Shown here: positions 8,815 to 17,748 of the stretch, piece after piece
Layout of the letters: each line of letters begins with the position of its first letter
Position numbering within the stretch: the stretch's first letter is position 1
Source of the DNA: a virus
Virus record (IMG/VR): IMGVR_UViG_3300036770_001537
DNA length: 64,000 nucleotides
Strand: one strand, 5' to 3'
Position numbers and translations under genes: made by a program
The notes under the pieces: model-generated
Told to the model about the DNA's origin: nothing
Seen by the model: the letters and a program-made list of their open reading frames with translations, nothing else
Databases searched by the model: none

Positions 8815-9716
8815 GCCCCAATATCAAAACTTTTTGTGCCACCAAAATGTCGAGCACATGCCTCAAACGAATAACCACGCTGATTACTGAGAATACGGCA
8901 CTCTCCGATTGGATAATCTACCGTATGATGCGTGTGTCCATGAATCCAGAACTTGATATTAGGAGAATCCAGAATCACAGAAGACAAGTCTGAAGCATAT
9001 GCTCCATTCAAATCATCAGTGCCATAAATTCCTCCAGAAACATGAACTGGATCGATAGACTTGAAACTTGGTGCATGATGAGTGAGAACAACTACTGGAA
9101 GATCAGTATCGTTTGCCTTCTCGTAGATATAAGAAACAGACTCCAGATGAACATCCAATATAAACTGAGGATTGATCTTTCGGTTATGCCTACGATTGAA
9201 ATAGTTCATGTCCGCAACAGTATGAAGACCAATCATGTTATAATCATTCATTCCACGCTCAACAATCTCCATTGTTAGTGGATTACCCTTCTTATAATCA
9301 GTCCATAGAGTTGCACCAATAAACCGAACACCATCAAAATCTAGATAATCATTCTCCATTACCATGATATTATTGAACTTGTTGTTAGTCAAGAATGTCT
9401 TGATATCAGGAATAGTATTCTTGTAAATGGAAGAGTAATGCTCATGGTTGCCCATTACATACAGAACCTGTCGATACTTGGAAATAAACTCCTTGAATGG
9501 ACCGTTCAACCACTTCTTAATCTTCTTTGAATCTGCATCAGTACGATGTGGAGCAACCATATTGGCAGTAAAGATATCACCTGCCAAAATAAGAACATCT
9601 CCACCCTGATCATCATGAAGATTAGGATAGTTCAAAAACTCTGCGTGAAGCTAAAGGTCGGAGACATAGCTAACTTTTAGCTTCTTATCTCCGACCAACC
9701 TCCTTCCTTTATCCAT
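8811..9716 (-). CDS. metallophosphoesterase with an in-frame TAG inside motif I (candidate stop-hop, or pseudogene)
   Basis: MDKGRRLVGDKKLKVSYVSDL-TAG-LHAEFLNYP..., then LAGDI, GNHEHY, THHAPS, HGHTH. Confidence 0.8.
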
Positions 9717-9748
9717 AATGTTTCCTTTCATTACTATGTCCTTTCTTG

Positions 9749-9787
9749 ATTCTGTAGTATTGTACCACAAAATCTAATTGGTGTCAA
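9749..9787 (-). promoter_or_regulatory. early promoter, 39-nt direct repeat copy 1
   Basis: TTGACA-17-TACAAT; identical to 10115-10153. Confidence 0.85.
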
Positions 9788-10134
9788 GGCCAAACTTGAT
9801 GTGCCCATATTATTTTTGAATTGGTCTTTTCATATTCTTCTACTAATTGTTCTAATGTGTAGACAGTTTCAGTTTTGAAATTCCATAACCATTGAGAAAA
9901 CCCTAAGAAACTTAGACCATCCATAATAGGCAGTAATATTTCCATTCCATATGGTTCATTTGTACCATAAACATCTATTCTACCACCACCCCATGATTCA
10001 GTTATGACATTTCGTCCATTTTCATTTTTGACTAGACCTCTTTTTTCAAACCATTCAAAATTTATTGGTCCCATAAAATTAGCATGATATGTTATCATCA
10101 CACACCCTTTCTCTATTCTGTAGTATTGTACCAC
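9784..10134 (-). CDS. hypothetical protein (true start probably MITYHANF)
   Basis: ORF between the two identical promoters. Confidence 0.65.
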   Translation of the reverse strand: MVQYYRIEKGCVMITYHANFMGPINFEWFEKRGLVKNENGRNVITESWGGGRIDVYGTNEPYGMEILLPIMDGLSFLGFSQWLWNFKTETVYTLEQLVEEYEKTNSKIIWAHQVWP

Positions 10135-10153
10135 AAAATCTAATTGGTGTCAA
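10115..10153 (-). promoter_or_regulatory. early promoter, 39-nt direct repeat copy 2
   Basis: identical to 9749-9787. Confidence 0.85.
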
Positions 10154-10362
10154 TTACTTTTTTCAAATTCTTCCAAAGTTCCTTTATGAAAATGTGTAAC
10201 CCTGTTTCCACAATTTTCACAATACCAAGGAACACCCAATTCTTGCAATTCTTTTGGATTTAACAGAGAAGATTTCCAATTGCATTTTTTACATTCTAAC
10301 ATTATATAATATATTTTATTTTCTTTCATAAGAAATATCTTTAGAATGCATAAACCTATCAA
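10150..10362 (-). CDS. small zinc-ribbon protein
   Basis: CKKC ... CENC. Confidence 0.6.
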   Translation of the reverse strand: MIGLCILKIFLMKENKIYYIMLECKKCNWKSSLLNPKELQELGVPWYCENCGNRVTHFHKGTLEEFEKSN

Positions 10363-10819
10363 AAATAGTAATTACATGCTTATCAGTTATTCCAGTTTTC
10401 AAATCAACATTCACCAAATGTGGTCCACATCTTAATGGAATATCATCAACGACAATCCATTTACAAACCACATTCTGTGGAACATTGTTCATCAACCAAT
10501 CTCTAATTGCATATAATCTATCATCAATAACAGATGGAAACTTTGTTTTATAATTTGGATGAATTAACTCTGGATTTAGACCGTTTTTAATAGCACAATT
10601 TTTAACATCAATTACCCCTTGATTGTCATTGTGGGCAGTATTAAACACAATTTGAATTTTTTGTGGCGGACAATGCTCGTTCAACTCTTTGATAAACTGT
10701 TTGTCATACACATAAGTCCTATCATCATATCTATCATAACCATATGTGTTCTCTGCTGATCTAACATGAAGTCGTAGAGGAATCAAAGGACCATCAACAT
10801 CAAGAAATAGAATTTTCAT
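10316..10819 (-). CDS. HAD-superfamily protein (RNA-repair-associated HAD type)
   Basis: ILFLDVDGPL, WIVVDD, GIT. Confidence 0.75.
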   Translation of the reverse strand: MKILFLDVDGPLIPLRLHVRSAENTYGYDRYDDRTYVYDKQFIKELNEHCPPQKIQIVFNTAHNDNQGVIDVKNCAIKNGLNPELIHPNYKTKFPSVIDDRLYAIRDWLMNNVPQNVVCKWIVVDDIPLRCGPHLVNVDLKTGITDKHVITIFDRFMHSKDISYERK

Positions 10820-11274
10820 TTTAAATATCTACCTTTTTCTGCAACAGGTGCCATGTTTTTATAACGAACGTCTTCATCAAACTTGACAATATCGATAGTT
10901 TTATCATCTAATGAATATGCAAACCTTCCACCAAAATATACACAAAAAGTTAATGTTACGTTTGAATAGACGATAATTGTATATGCGGATGTAAGTGCCT
11001 GTCCTCCCATTCCTCCAAATCCTAGAGCAGTTGATCCCCATGTTTGAAGGAACATTGTACATACATGTAGTTCATCTGCAAAATGATCTCGTTCATATGT
11101 TTCATATGCAGACTTTTGCCATTTCTTATATTCTGCAATGTTTGCCCTATGACCTTTATATGGTTCGGAGCCAACTTTTCTGCGAGAATCTTTAACCTTT
11201 GGCATATCCCTATATTGTGCGGATGCCAATGCTGAAGTTAGACAGACGATTGGATTATCATTCATTCGAAACAC
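10816..11274 (-). CDS. conserved phage hypothetical protein
   Basis: FLQTWGSTALGFGGMGGQALTSAYT..VYFGGRFAY. Confidence 0.75.
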   Translation of the reverse strand: MFRMNDNPIVCLTSALASAQYRDMPKVKDSRRKVGSEPYKGHRANIAEYKKWQKSAYETYERDHFADELHVCTMFLQTWGSTALGFGGMGGQALTSAYTIIVYSNVTLTFCVYFGGRFAYSLDDKTIDIVKFDEDVRYKNMAPVAEKGRYLK

Positions 11275-11549
11275 TTCCTTTCACGAAACACCACTTTACC
11301 CTGCATTACTCCAAGTGGAGATGATTGTTGATATACAATTTCTTCAAAGGTTTCATTTGGCTTTGCTGATCGATGAGCAAACCAGATAGAATTATCCTGA
11401 TCTTTCCAAGAAGAATGAACGAACTTTCTTCCACATGGAATTTCAATATATGCAGTGCCAAGACCAGTTCTTGCCAACCAGTTTTCACAACCAGCAAGAA
11501 ACATAGCAGATACAGCAGTGATAATAACAAGAGTCTTTTTCATTTTCAA
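11262..11549 (-). CDS. putative lipoprotein
   Basis: signal peptide ending in lipobox LAGC. Confidence 0.7.
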   Translation of the reverse strand: MKMKKTLVIITAVSAMFLAGCENWLARTGLGTAYIEIPCGRKFVHSSWKDQDNSIWFAHRSAKPNETFEEIVYQQSSPLGVMQGKVVFRERKCFE

Positions 11550-12421
11550 GCCCTCACGAACTTTCTATTTGCATCTAGTTTATATGGTACATTAGGTTCA
11601 ATACCATCTTCGCCAACATAAGCAACGGTAATTCTTGGTCTAAAACTATCGTACCATTTGATAGAAAGTGCTGAACCATGTTCACCAGTTATAATTGAAT
11701 CAACACCACCAATTACAGTTGAATCAACACCACCAGTTACAGTTGAACCAGCACCACCAGTTACAGTTGAATAATCACCGCCAGTCACAGTTGAATCAAC
11801 ACCACCAGTTACAGTTGAACCAGCACCACCAGTTACAGTTGAATAATCACCGCCAGTCACAGTTGAATCAACACCACCAATTACAGTTGAATCAACACCA
11901 CCAGTTACAGTTGAATAATCACCGCCAGTCACAGTTGAATCAACACCACCAGTTACAGTTGAACCAGCACCACCAGTTACAGTTGAACGAACACCACCAG
12001 TTACAGTTGAATAATCACCGCCAGTTACAGTTGACCAATTACCACCAGTCACAATTGAATAATCACCACCAATAATAAAAGCACCAACTACTTCGACAGG
12101 ATTGCAGCCAGAGGCAATTAAGAAATCAGTTGCACCTTTTCTATTACCAATAAACAAGGTTTTAGCCTTTGAAGTTTTAATTTTTTCATCAATATCTACG
12201 ATTGGACCTAGTGCGTCACACACCATCCATAAAGCATCATCATTCCAATTTAAATAACCACCATAACCTTTGCCATGAAGAAGGCCATGAAGGCCACCTC
12301 CACATTCTGGTTCTGGATTCCAGTCTGGAGATTCTGTGATTCCACCAATTTCTAGATTCCATTGAAATCTATTATGAGATGTACCATCAGCATTACAAGT
12401 TCTCAAGAATAGATTTTTCAT
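11546..12421 (-). CDS. ice-nucleation-protein-like octapeptide-repeat protein (paralogue 2)
   Basis: N- and C-domains nearly identical to 991-1986; 17 GGxxSTVT-type repeats. Confidence 0.85.
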   Translation of the reverse strand: MKNLFLRTCNADGTSHNRFQWNLEIGGITESPDWNPEPECGGGLHGLLHGKGYGGYLNWNDDALWMVCDALGPIVDIDEKIKTSKAKTLFIGNRKGATDFLIASGCNPVEVVGAFIIGGDYSIVTGGNWSTVTGGDYSTVTGGVRSTVTGGAGSTVTGGVDSTVTGGDYSTVTGGVDSTVIGGVDSTVTGGDYSTVTGGAGSTVTGGVDSTVTGGDYSTVTGGAGSTVTGGVDSTVIGGVDSIITGEHGSALSIKWYDSFRPRITVAYVGEDGIEPNVPYKLDANRKFVRA

Positions 12422-12422
12422 C

Positions 12423-13478
12423 TCACTCTTCCTTGATCAAGAATTGGTTGTTGATCACCTTGAACGACACTTCTGGATGTTCAAGAGAACGATACACAAT
12501 ACCTTCGGCAATTGGATTGTTCAACGACTTAATTTCAGACAACTTTAAAAGTTCATCAAAAGAATAATTTTTAAGATAATGATCATAACCAACAAAAGGA
12601 ACCACGCTGATATCAATACCATCCATAAAGTCTTCCAAATCCATTAGAGTATTATGTTTCTCATCAGGACCAATATAACACTGTTTGTCAATGTCCCAGA
12701 TATCAAACACATAGAAATCATGATAATGTAATTTTTCACGATTGCCTTGAATGCCCGGACCCATTAACTCACCTTGAATAGCAATGTTTTTGCCATACTT
12801 CCTCATTACTTCTTCAAATTTATAATTCCGTGCAACTTTCCAATAAGTATTATCATCAGTTTCCTTTAGTTCAAGGTTTCTGGAACATACACCAAACTCA
12901 CCATTGTTATAATACACGGTCATCGATGAACCATCAAGTTTCAGTGTTGCCTCAAACAAATCGTCCTTATATTTCTTGACCAGATCATTATAGCAATTTT
13001 GAATCCGTTCTTGATCGGTTTTACGAATGAATGAAGGGAAATTGCCTTTTACTGTTCCAGCAAGTTGTGCAGGTATAGGAACTTCCCACTTTTGAACGCC
13101 GAGAATTTCTGTTACATCTTCACCTTCAATTGGCGAAACATATGAACTGCAATTATTAGTCATAAAGTCTCTTCCAAAAACAACTGTTAAAGGCAAACAA
13201 AGTCCTTGAGAAATCTGACCACGAAGTTTCACGGTCTTCAAACGGAATCCATCACCAAGGTTCTTGGTTGACCGAAAGCACGACTTCCGAAGAAATTCAA
13301 ATTCAGGACGAACTGGTAAAAAACTATCAATTTCAAAAAATACGCATAGGTCATCAACCTGAAATTCACCTTTTTTGGATACACACCACCAACCATCAAC
13401 ACGAATGGCTTCAATGGCATCTGCACCATCAATTGGCTTGATCTCTGCAACACGACGAATAGAAGCAAGTTTTCGCAT
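12423..13478 (-). CDS. RNA ligase 2 family (DRB0094-like)
   Basis: RKLASIRR, FPSFIRKTDQERIQN, KLDGSSMT, QGELMGPGIQGN, FDI, EGIV, SFKVINN. Confidence 0.9.
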   Translation of the reverse strand: MRKLASIRRVAEIKPIDGADAIEAIRVDGWWCVSKKGEFQVDDLCVFFEIDSFLPVRPEFEFLRKSCFRSTKNLGDGFRLKTVKLRGQISQGLCLPLTVVFGRDFMTNNCSSYVSPIEGEDVTEILGVQKWEVPIPAQLAGTVKGNFPSFIRKTDQERIQNCYNDLVKKYKDDLFEATLKLDGSSMTVYYNNGEFGVCSRNLELKETDDNTYWKVARNYKFEEVMRKYGKNIAIQGELMGPGIQGNREKLHYHDFYVFDIWDIDKQCYIGPDEKHNTLMDLEDFMDGIDISVVPFVGYDHYLKNYSFDELLKLSEIKSLNNPIAEGIVYRSLEHPEVSFKVINNQFLIKEE

Positions 13479-13494
13479 ATCGTTCTCCAATATC

Positions 13495-13536
13495 AAAAGA
13501 CCAGATGATCCTACACCATCTGGTCTCGGTTGTCAA
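13495..13536 (-). promoter_or_regulatory. overlapping intrinsic terminator and early promoter
   Basis: TTGACA-17-TAGGAT embedded in hairpin AGACCAGATG/CATCTGGTCT + TTT. Confidence 0.65.
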
Positions 13537-13543
13537 GCAGTGT

Positions 13544-13858
13544 TTATAGATACCACCTATTAACATTCACAATATCAATCTTCATCTCACTAATATTTTC
13601 AATTTTAGATAAGTCATTAAGATGTCTCAGAATTGCTGCTTCTTTTAGATCAGTGGAATCCTTAATTTCCATCGTTTCCACAGTTGAAAAAATTATTCTA
13701 TTATGATCGGGAGTTTCTTTTTGTCTTAGATCAACAACAATTAAACGATATTCAACAAAGGACGTTTTTGATTTTTGTACTGCCATTTTGCCGTCATAGT
13801 AAGGAAGTGTGAAAGAGCCAGTGATAATTTCATTCATTTTGTTTCTCCTATTAGACAT
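13544..13858 (-). CDS. hypothetical protein
   Basis: ORF with AGGAG RBS. Confidence 0.6.
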   Translation of the reverse strand: MSNRRNKMNEIITGSFTLPYYDGKMAVQKSKTSFVEYRLIVVDLRQKETPDHNRIIFSTVETMEIKDSTDLKEAAILRHLNDLSKIENISEMKIDIVNVNRWYL

Positions 13859-14201
13859 TCATATCAGCAATCAATTCTTCTGATAACAAATTGATATCCA
13901 ACAATGCTTTTTTAATAGTAAAACTAACCGAATTATCTTCAGTTTCCTTTGAGTTGGGTGTATAAAAAATTAAAATATATGGCAATAATAAATTGAATTT
14001 ATGTGTTCTATCATCTTCACATTTTCTTAAAGTTTCTCTTACTTGCCTAATGATTTCTTCTTTGGTGCCATAAGGCATTGAAGTGGGGTGACAATACATT
14101 TCACTACATATCTCTTCAATTGTCATTTTTCGTGTAGTTTGTAATAATTTTTCTGCCCATTCAGCGTCAGTCATTTTGTTTCTCCTATCAATAATTTCCA
14201 T
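13851..14201 (-). CDS. hypothetical protein
   Basis: ORF with AGGAG RBS. Confidence 0.6.
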   Translation of the reverse strand: MEIIDRRNKMTDAEWAEKLLQTTRKMTIEEICSEMYCHPTSMPYGTKEEIIRQVRETLRKCEDDRTHKFNLLLPYILIFYTPNSKETEDNSVSFTIKKALLDINLLSEELIADMNV

Positions 14202-14204
14202 TTT

Positions 14205-14483
14205 CTAGTTTTGTGTAAAATTGCTCGATAAGATTTTGTTTCTTATCATATTTTTTTCATCATCTGGCAACTGGGCAACACTGACCAATCTCCAATCAAC
14301 TATTGGTTTGGTCCAAATTACAGGATCGTATCCATAATCAACCTGAGAACAATATAAAAGTTCTCCAGCAATCATTCGAACGGTTCCAACAACAACACCT
14401 TTTTCTTTGGAAGACAAAACATCAAAGACACCAGAAGTTTTTTTATATTTAATACCTGAAATTTGATAATATGTTTTAATCAT
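14205..14483 (-). CDS. hypothetical protein
   Basis: ORF in operon. Confidence 0.6.
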   Translation of the reverse strand: MIKTYYQISGIKYKKTSGVFDVLSSKEKGVVVGTVRMIAGELLYCSQVDYGYDPVIWTKPIVDWRLVSVAQLPDDEKNMIRNKILSSNFTQN

Positions 14484-14791
14484 TTTTTAGTTTCCTCAAA
14501 ATACATTGGTTTCTTGCCAAAATACTGGCCTAAGTCTTCAAATCGTTTCCACTTAGATTCTAGTTGCCATAGATAATATACCAATCTAGCATCTGCAAGA
14601 ACTGCTCTACTTTTTGAAAGATGATAGGTTCCATCACTGAAGGTTCTTGCATATAGTTCATGTCTTGGTCTAACTGATAAACTATTGTCAAAAACGACTT
14701 CTACAACACCCAATGTCCTTGAATCCAAGTCCCCATTATCAGTCCTTTCAAGGACAATATCACCAACTTTGAACTCGGGCTTATCTGTCAT
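14480..14791 (-). CDS. hypothetical protein (FKVGDIV, SH3-like start)
   Basis: ORF in operon. Confidence 0.6.
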   Translation of the reverse strand: MTDKPEFKVGDIVLERTDNGDLDSRTLGVVEVVFDNSLSVRPRHELYARTFSDGTYHLSKSRAVLADARLVYYLWQLESKWKRFEDLGQYFGKKPMYFEETKK

Positions 14792-15076
14792 TTCAAATAT
14801 TTCCTTCTTACTTCACCGGACATTTTTCTATATTTCCATCTTAACCAAAGTTTTTTAATTGGAGAATATATGTAGTTGTAATGAAGATATCCAATATACA
14901 TTATATAAGGTTCTATGTTTCGTGGATTAATCATCCATTTTCCTCAATTTCATGAACCAAATCTTTGATAAATTGTCGCCAATGCTCTTTTTGTTCTTCG
15001 GTATAATGTGATGACCACTTGCCACCATTATTCCCCAATGCCACACGAATAGCAAATTTTTCAATAATTTCATTTG

Positions 15077-15691
15077 TCATTTCAATGCTCTTTCTATTGC
15101 CAATATCACCTCGGGACTCTGTAGAATCTCCGAGTGATTTTTCTCAACCATCGTGATCTTAGCACCAGATGGTGCCCATGTCAACTGTGATTTTAATGGA
15201 ACAACACCATCAGATTCGACCGGAATCATTGGATTGTATCCCGAACATGCAACAAGACACTCCACAGTATTCTTGGAATAGTCTTTTTTGTGAAGATACT
15301 TAATAAACTTTGATGAAGGCGTTAGATGTTTGAATATAGGTGCGGCATACATCATATAATAATGGACGAATGGATTGAGAGATTCCAGTCCAGATAAAGG
15401 AGATGCCATTGTGATTGTATGTTGAACATATGGTCTTTGAGACAATCTCAACGCAAAAAGGCCGCCCAATGAGTGGCCCACAACTACAGTCTTTAAGCCA
15501 TTTTTAGACAATTCATATAATTCATTTTTAGACCTGCTAATAATACTTTCTATAGATTCAGTTTGGCAATCATATGAAAAACATTTTATTGCACCAATAT
15601 TATTATCATCAAGAATTTTTTTAATTATATAATTGAAACTAGATGGCGTGCACCATGCACCATGGCATAAAAAAAGATTTTTATTTGTCAT
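15077..15691 (-). CDS. alpha/beta hydrolase (lipase/esterase-like)
   Basis: HGAW, GHSLGG nucleophile elbow, SDGVVP, NHSEIL. Confidence 0.85.
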   Translation of the reverse strand: MTNKNLFLCHGAWCTPSSFNYIIKKILDDNNIGAIKCFSYDCQTESIESIISRSKNELYELSKNGLKTVVVGHSLGGLFALRLSQRPYVQHTITMASPLSGLESLNPFVHYYMMYAAPIFKHLTPSSKFIKYLHKKDYSKNTVECLVACSGYNPMIPVESDGVVPLKSQLTWAPSGAKITMVEKNHSEILQSPEVILAIERALK

Positions 15692-16263
15692 GTCATTGTT
15701 TCTATTTTACTAGATTCGTCTTTTCGTTTTAATATTTTCCCTTTGTTCCATGGGATAATACCTTTTTTTGAACTGGACATTTTTCTTTTTGTTTCTTCAC
15801 TCAGTTTTCTTCCTGTTAATTTTAATTTTGTTTCTTCTGAATGTTTTTTTCCAAAAAAATGATTTTTCTTACCTTTTGTTGATTCTGATATTTTTTTCTT
15901 TGTTTCTTCAGACAAATTTTTACCTTTTCTAATTTTTGATAAATTCTTTTTGCTTTCAACACTGCGGATTGAACCAGAACCACCTTCGCCACCATCTGTT
16001 CTATTTCTTAATATTCCAGTGCCATTATCTTTACGACCGTACCATCTAATAAGTCTTCGTTCAAGGGCAAAAGCACCTAACTCAGTTAAGTTCGACTCAC
16101 ATATGACAATTCTTGATTTGTTTTTTGGTGGTTTCTGTTTATCTCTATTTTTCTTTAACCATGCTCTATTACATTTTCCTTTACCAATATAGTAAGGCGT
16201 ACCATCTTCTCTAAGATAAGCATAAACATAAAACTCTAATGAATTTGATTTATAAATAGGCAT
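15688..16263 (-). CDS. GIY-YIG homing endonuclease with NUMOD3 repeats
   Basis: [32 protein letters not shown] repeats. Confidence 0.85.
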   Translation of the reverse strand: MPIYKSNSLEFYVYAYLREDGTPYYIGKGKCNRAWLKKNRDKQKPPKNKSRIVICESNLTELGAFALERRLIRWYGRKDNGTGILRNRTDGGEGGSGSIRSVESKKNLSKIRKGKNLSEETKKKISESTKGKKNHFFGKKHSEETKLKLTGRKLSEETKRKMSSSKKGIIPWNKGKILKRKDESSKIETMT

Positions 16264-16337
16264 GTGCTGATACTCCTGTAAGTATTAGGGTGGTTGGAGA
16301 TTGCCGTCTCGTGAACCACATTACATGCCTATTTATA
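16251..16337 (+). ncRNA. structured leader/antisense element, copy 1
   Basis: 15-bp inverted repeat carrying convergent TATAAATA boxes; two internal hairpins covary with copy 2 at 61495-61577. Confidence 0.55.
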
Positions 16338-16469
16338 TAATTTTATAATTTTATATCAAAGATTTTTATTCATCATCGTTCCATATGTTATATTTAATAC
16401 AAGTCTTTGCAATTATCAGGCATCCAAAATAGAGATATAATGCCAAAATTGAAACTATTATAAACTCCA

Positions 16470-16688
16470 TTATAGTCCTGTAAATCCGTTGAACCAAATA
16501 TAAACGCCATGAATTGCACCAATTGGTGGAACAACACCTGATACAATAGCAAGTAATAATGTTTGATTGCCAATTTCCTTTGCTGATACTAGTAGTTTGA
16601 AAATCCAAATATAGTTAGTAATCACAGCACACAAAGCAGTAAAAATCCAAACTACCCATGCGATATAAAAGGCAAGTACCGGATTCAT
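16470..16688 (-). CDS. small membrane protein
   Basis: hydrophobic 72 aa ORF, GGAG RBS. Confidence 0.65.
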   Translation of the reverse strand: MNPVLAFYIAWVVWIFTALCAVITNYIWIFKLLVSAKEIGNQTLLLAIVSGVVPPIGAIHGVYIWFNGFTGL

Positions 16689-16718
16689 CGGTCATTCTCC
16701 ATAAATTAGGTTTGATTA

Positions 16719-17702
16719 TCATTTATGATTAATATTATCTAATGTCCATTTTGCTTGATCTCTAACACTTAAGCTCGCATCATTTACTAGTTTTTCAGCA
16801 TGTTCTGGGTGCTTCGCCACTTCCATTCTGACCATATAATGTTTATCATTTACTAGTTTTTCAGCATGTTCTGGGTGCTTCGCCACTTCCATTCTGACCT
16901 TATAATCTGGATCGTATAATAGTTTTCCAGCAGTATCAGACGATAATGTGTAATGTGGATTACCGAAATAAAGATTCAATTTCGAAATTTCTAGTCGATT
17001 TGATTGAGCCAATGATTTTGGGATATCTGGATGTAAATCTTCAAATGAAACATTTACATTTCTTTCATCTTTAAATTCTCTGGTTGCAGTCTGGAATTGA
17101 TATTTTCGACCCTGGTGTTGAATAATGTGTATAGGGCCTTCCCATTTAAGTTCATCGAATTTATTATCTTTAGTACCAGTAGTACACCATTTTGTTCCTG
17201 CTCCATATGAGCAAGAAGCCTCTTTTGTTTTTATATGATGAACTGTTACGCCAAAATCTTTATCATCATGCACCAAATCTGCACCTTCAGATTTAATTTC
17301 TCGCTTTTCTTCTTTACCAGACTTAACTTCAGCGTAAGGTTGGATTGCTGTCTCTAATGAGGATAATGATCGGTATCTATTAATATCTGTTGGTCTGCCA
17401 GAACTTTTCAGTTCATTTTTTATGGCAGGACTCTTAAATTTGGTTAAAATGTCTCTAATTCTTGGATGATCTTCTTGTTTTATAGAACCTTCTTTATATC
17501 TATTCATGATCCATTCGGTATGAACTTTATTTATTGTTGGATCTGCATTAGTTGCAAAATGATCGACTATTGAATCGGAATCTTTATGTTGTCCTAATGG
17601 ATCATGCTCTGTTGATATATTTTTAAATAGATTTTTGATAAAATCGATTCTATTTTCAAGAATAATTAATTGTTCTGAAATAAATTGTTTAAAAGTTAAC
17701 AT
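16719..17702 (-). CDS. putative internal head protein with HEAT-like C-terminal repeats
   Basis: MLTFKQFISEQLIILE resembles the T4 capsid-targeting sequence; late promoter at 17736-17743; YGAGTKWC motif; 66-nt tandem repeat. Confidence 0.65.
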   Translation of the reverse strand: MLTFKQFISEQLIILENRIDFIKNLFKNISTEHDPLGQHKDSDSIVDHFATNADPTINKVHTEWIMNRYKEGSIKQEDHPRIRDILTKFKSPAIKNELKSSGRPTDINRYRSLSSLETAIQPYAEVKSGKEEKREIKSEGADLVHDDKDFGVTVHHIKTKEASCSYGAGTKWCTTGTKDNKFDELKWEGPIHIIQHQGRKYQFQTATREFKDERNVNVSFEDLHPDIPKSLAQSNRLEISKLNLYFGNPHYTLSSDTAGKLLYDPDYKVRMEVAKHPEHAEKLVNDKHYMVRMEVAKHPEHAEKLVNDASLSVRDQAKWTLDNINHK

Positions 17703-17748
17703 TTACCCATTCCATCTATTAAGATTGTGCAAGGTTATTTATACATAT

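Noticed and set aside
9651-9653. Genome-wide TAG reassignment
   Set aside because: Other genes end normally at TAG (e.g. 14205, 29794, 55751), no suppressor tRNA is seen, and readthrough would not restore DxH spacing.
16251-16337. Element as a hammerhead or HDV-like ribozyme
   Set aside because: No CUGANGA/GAAA core or HDV nested pseudoknot found by eye on either strand.
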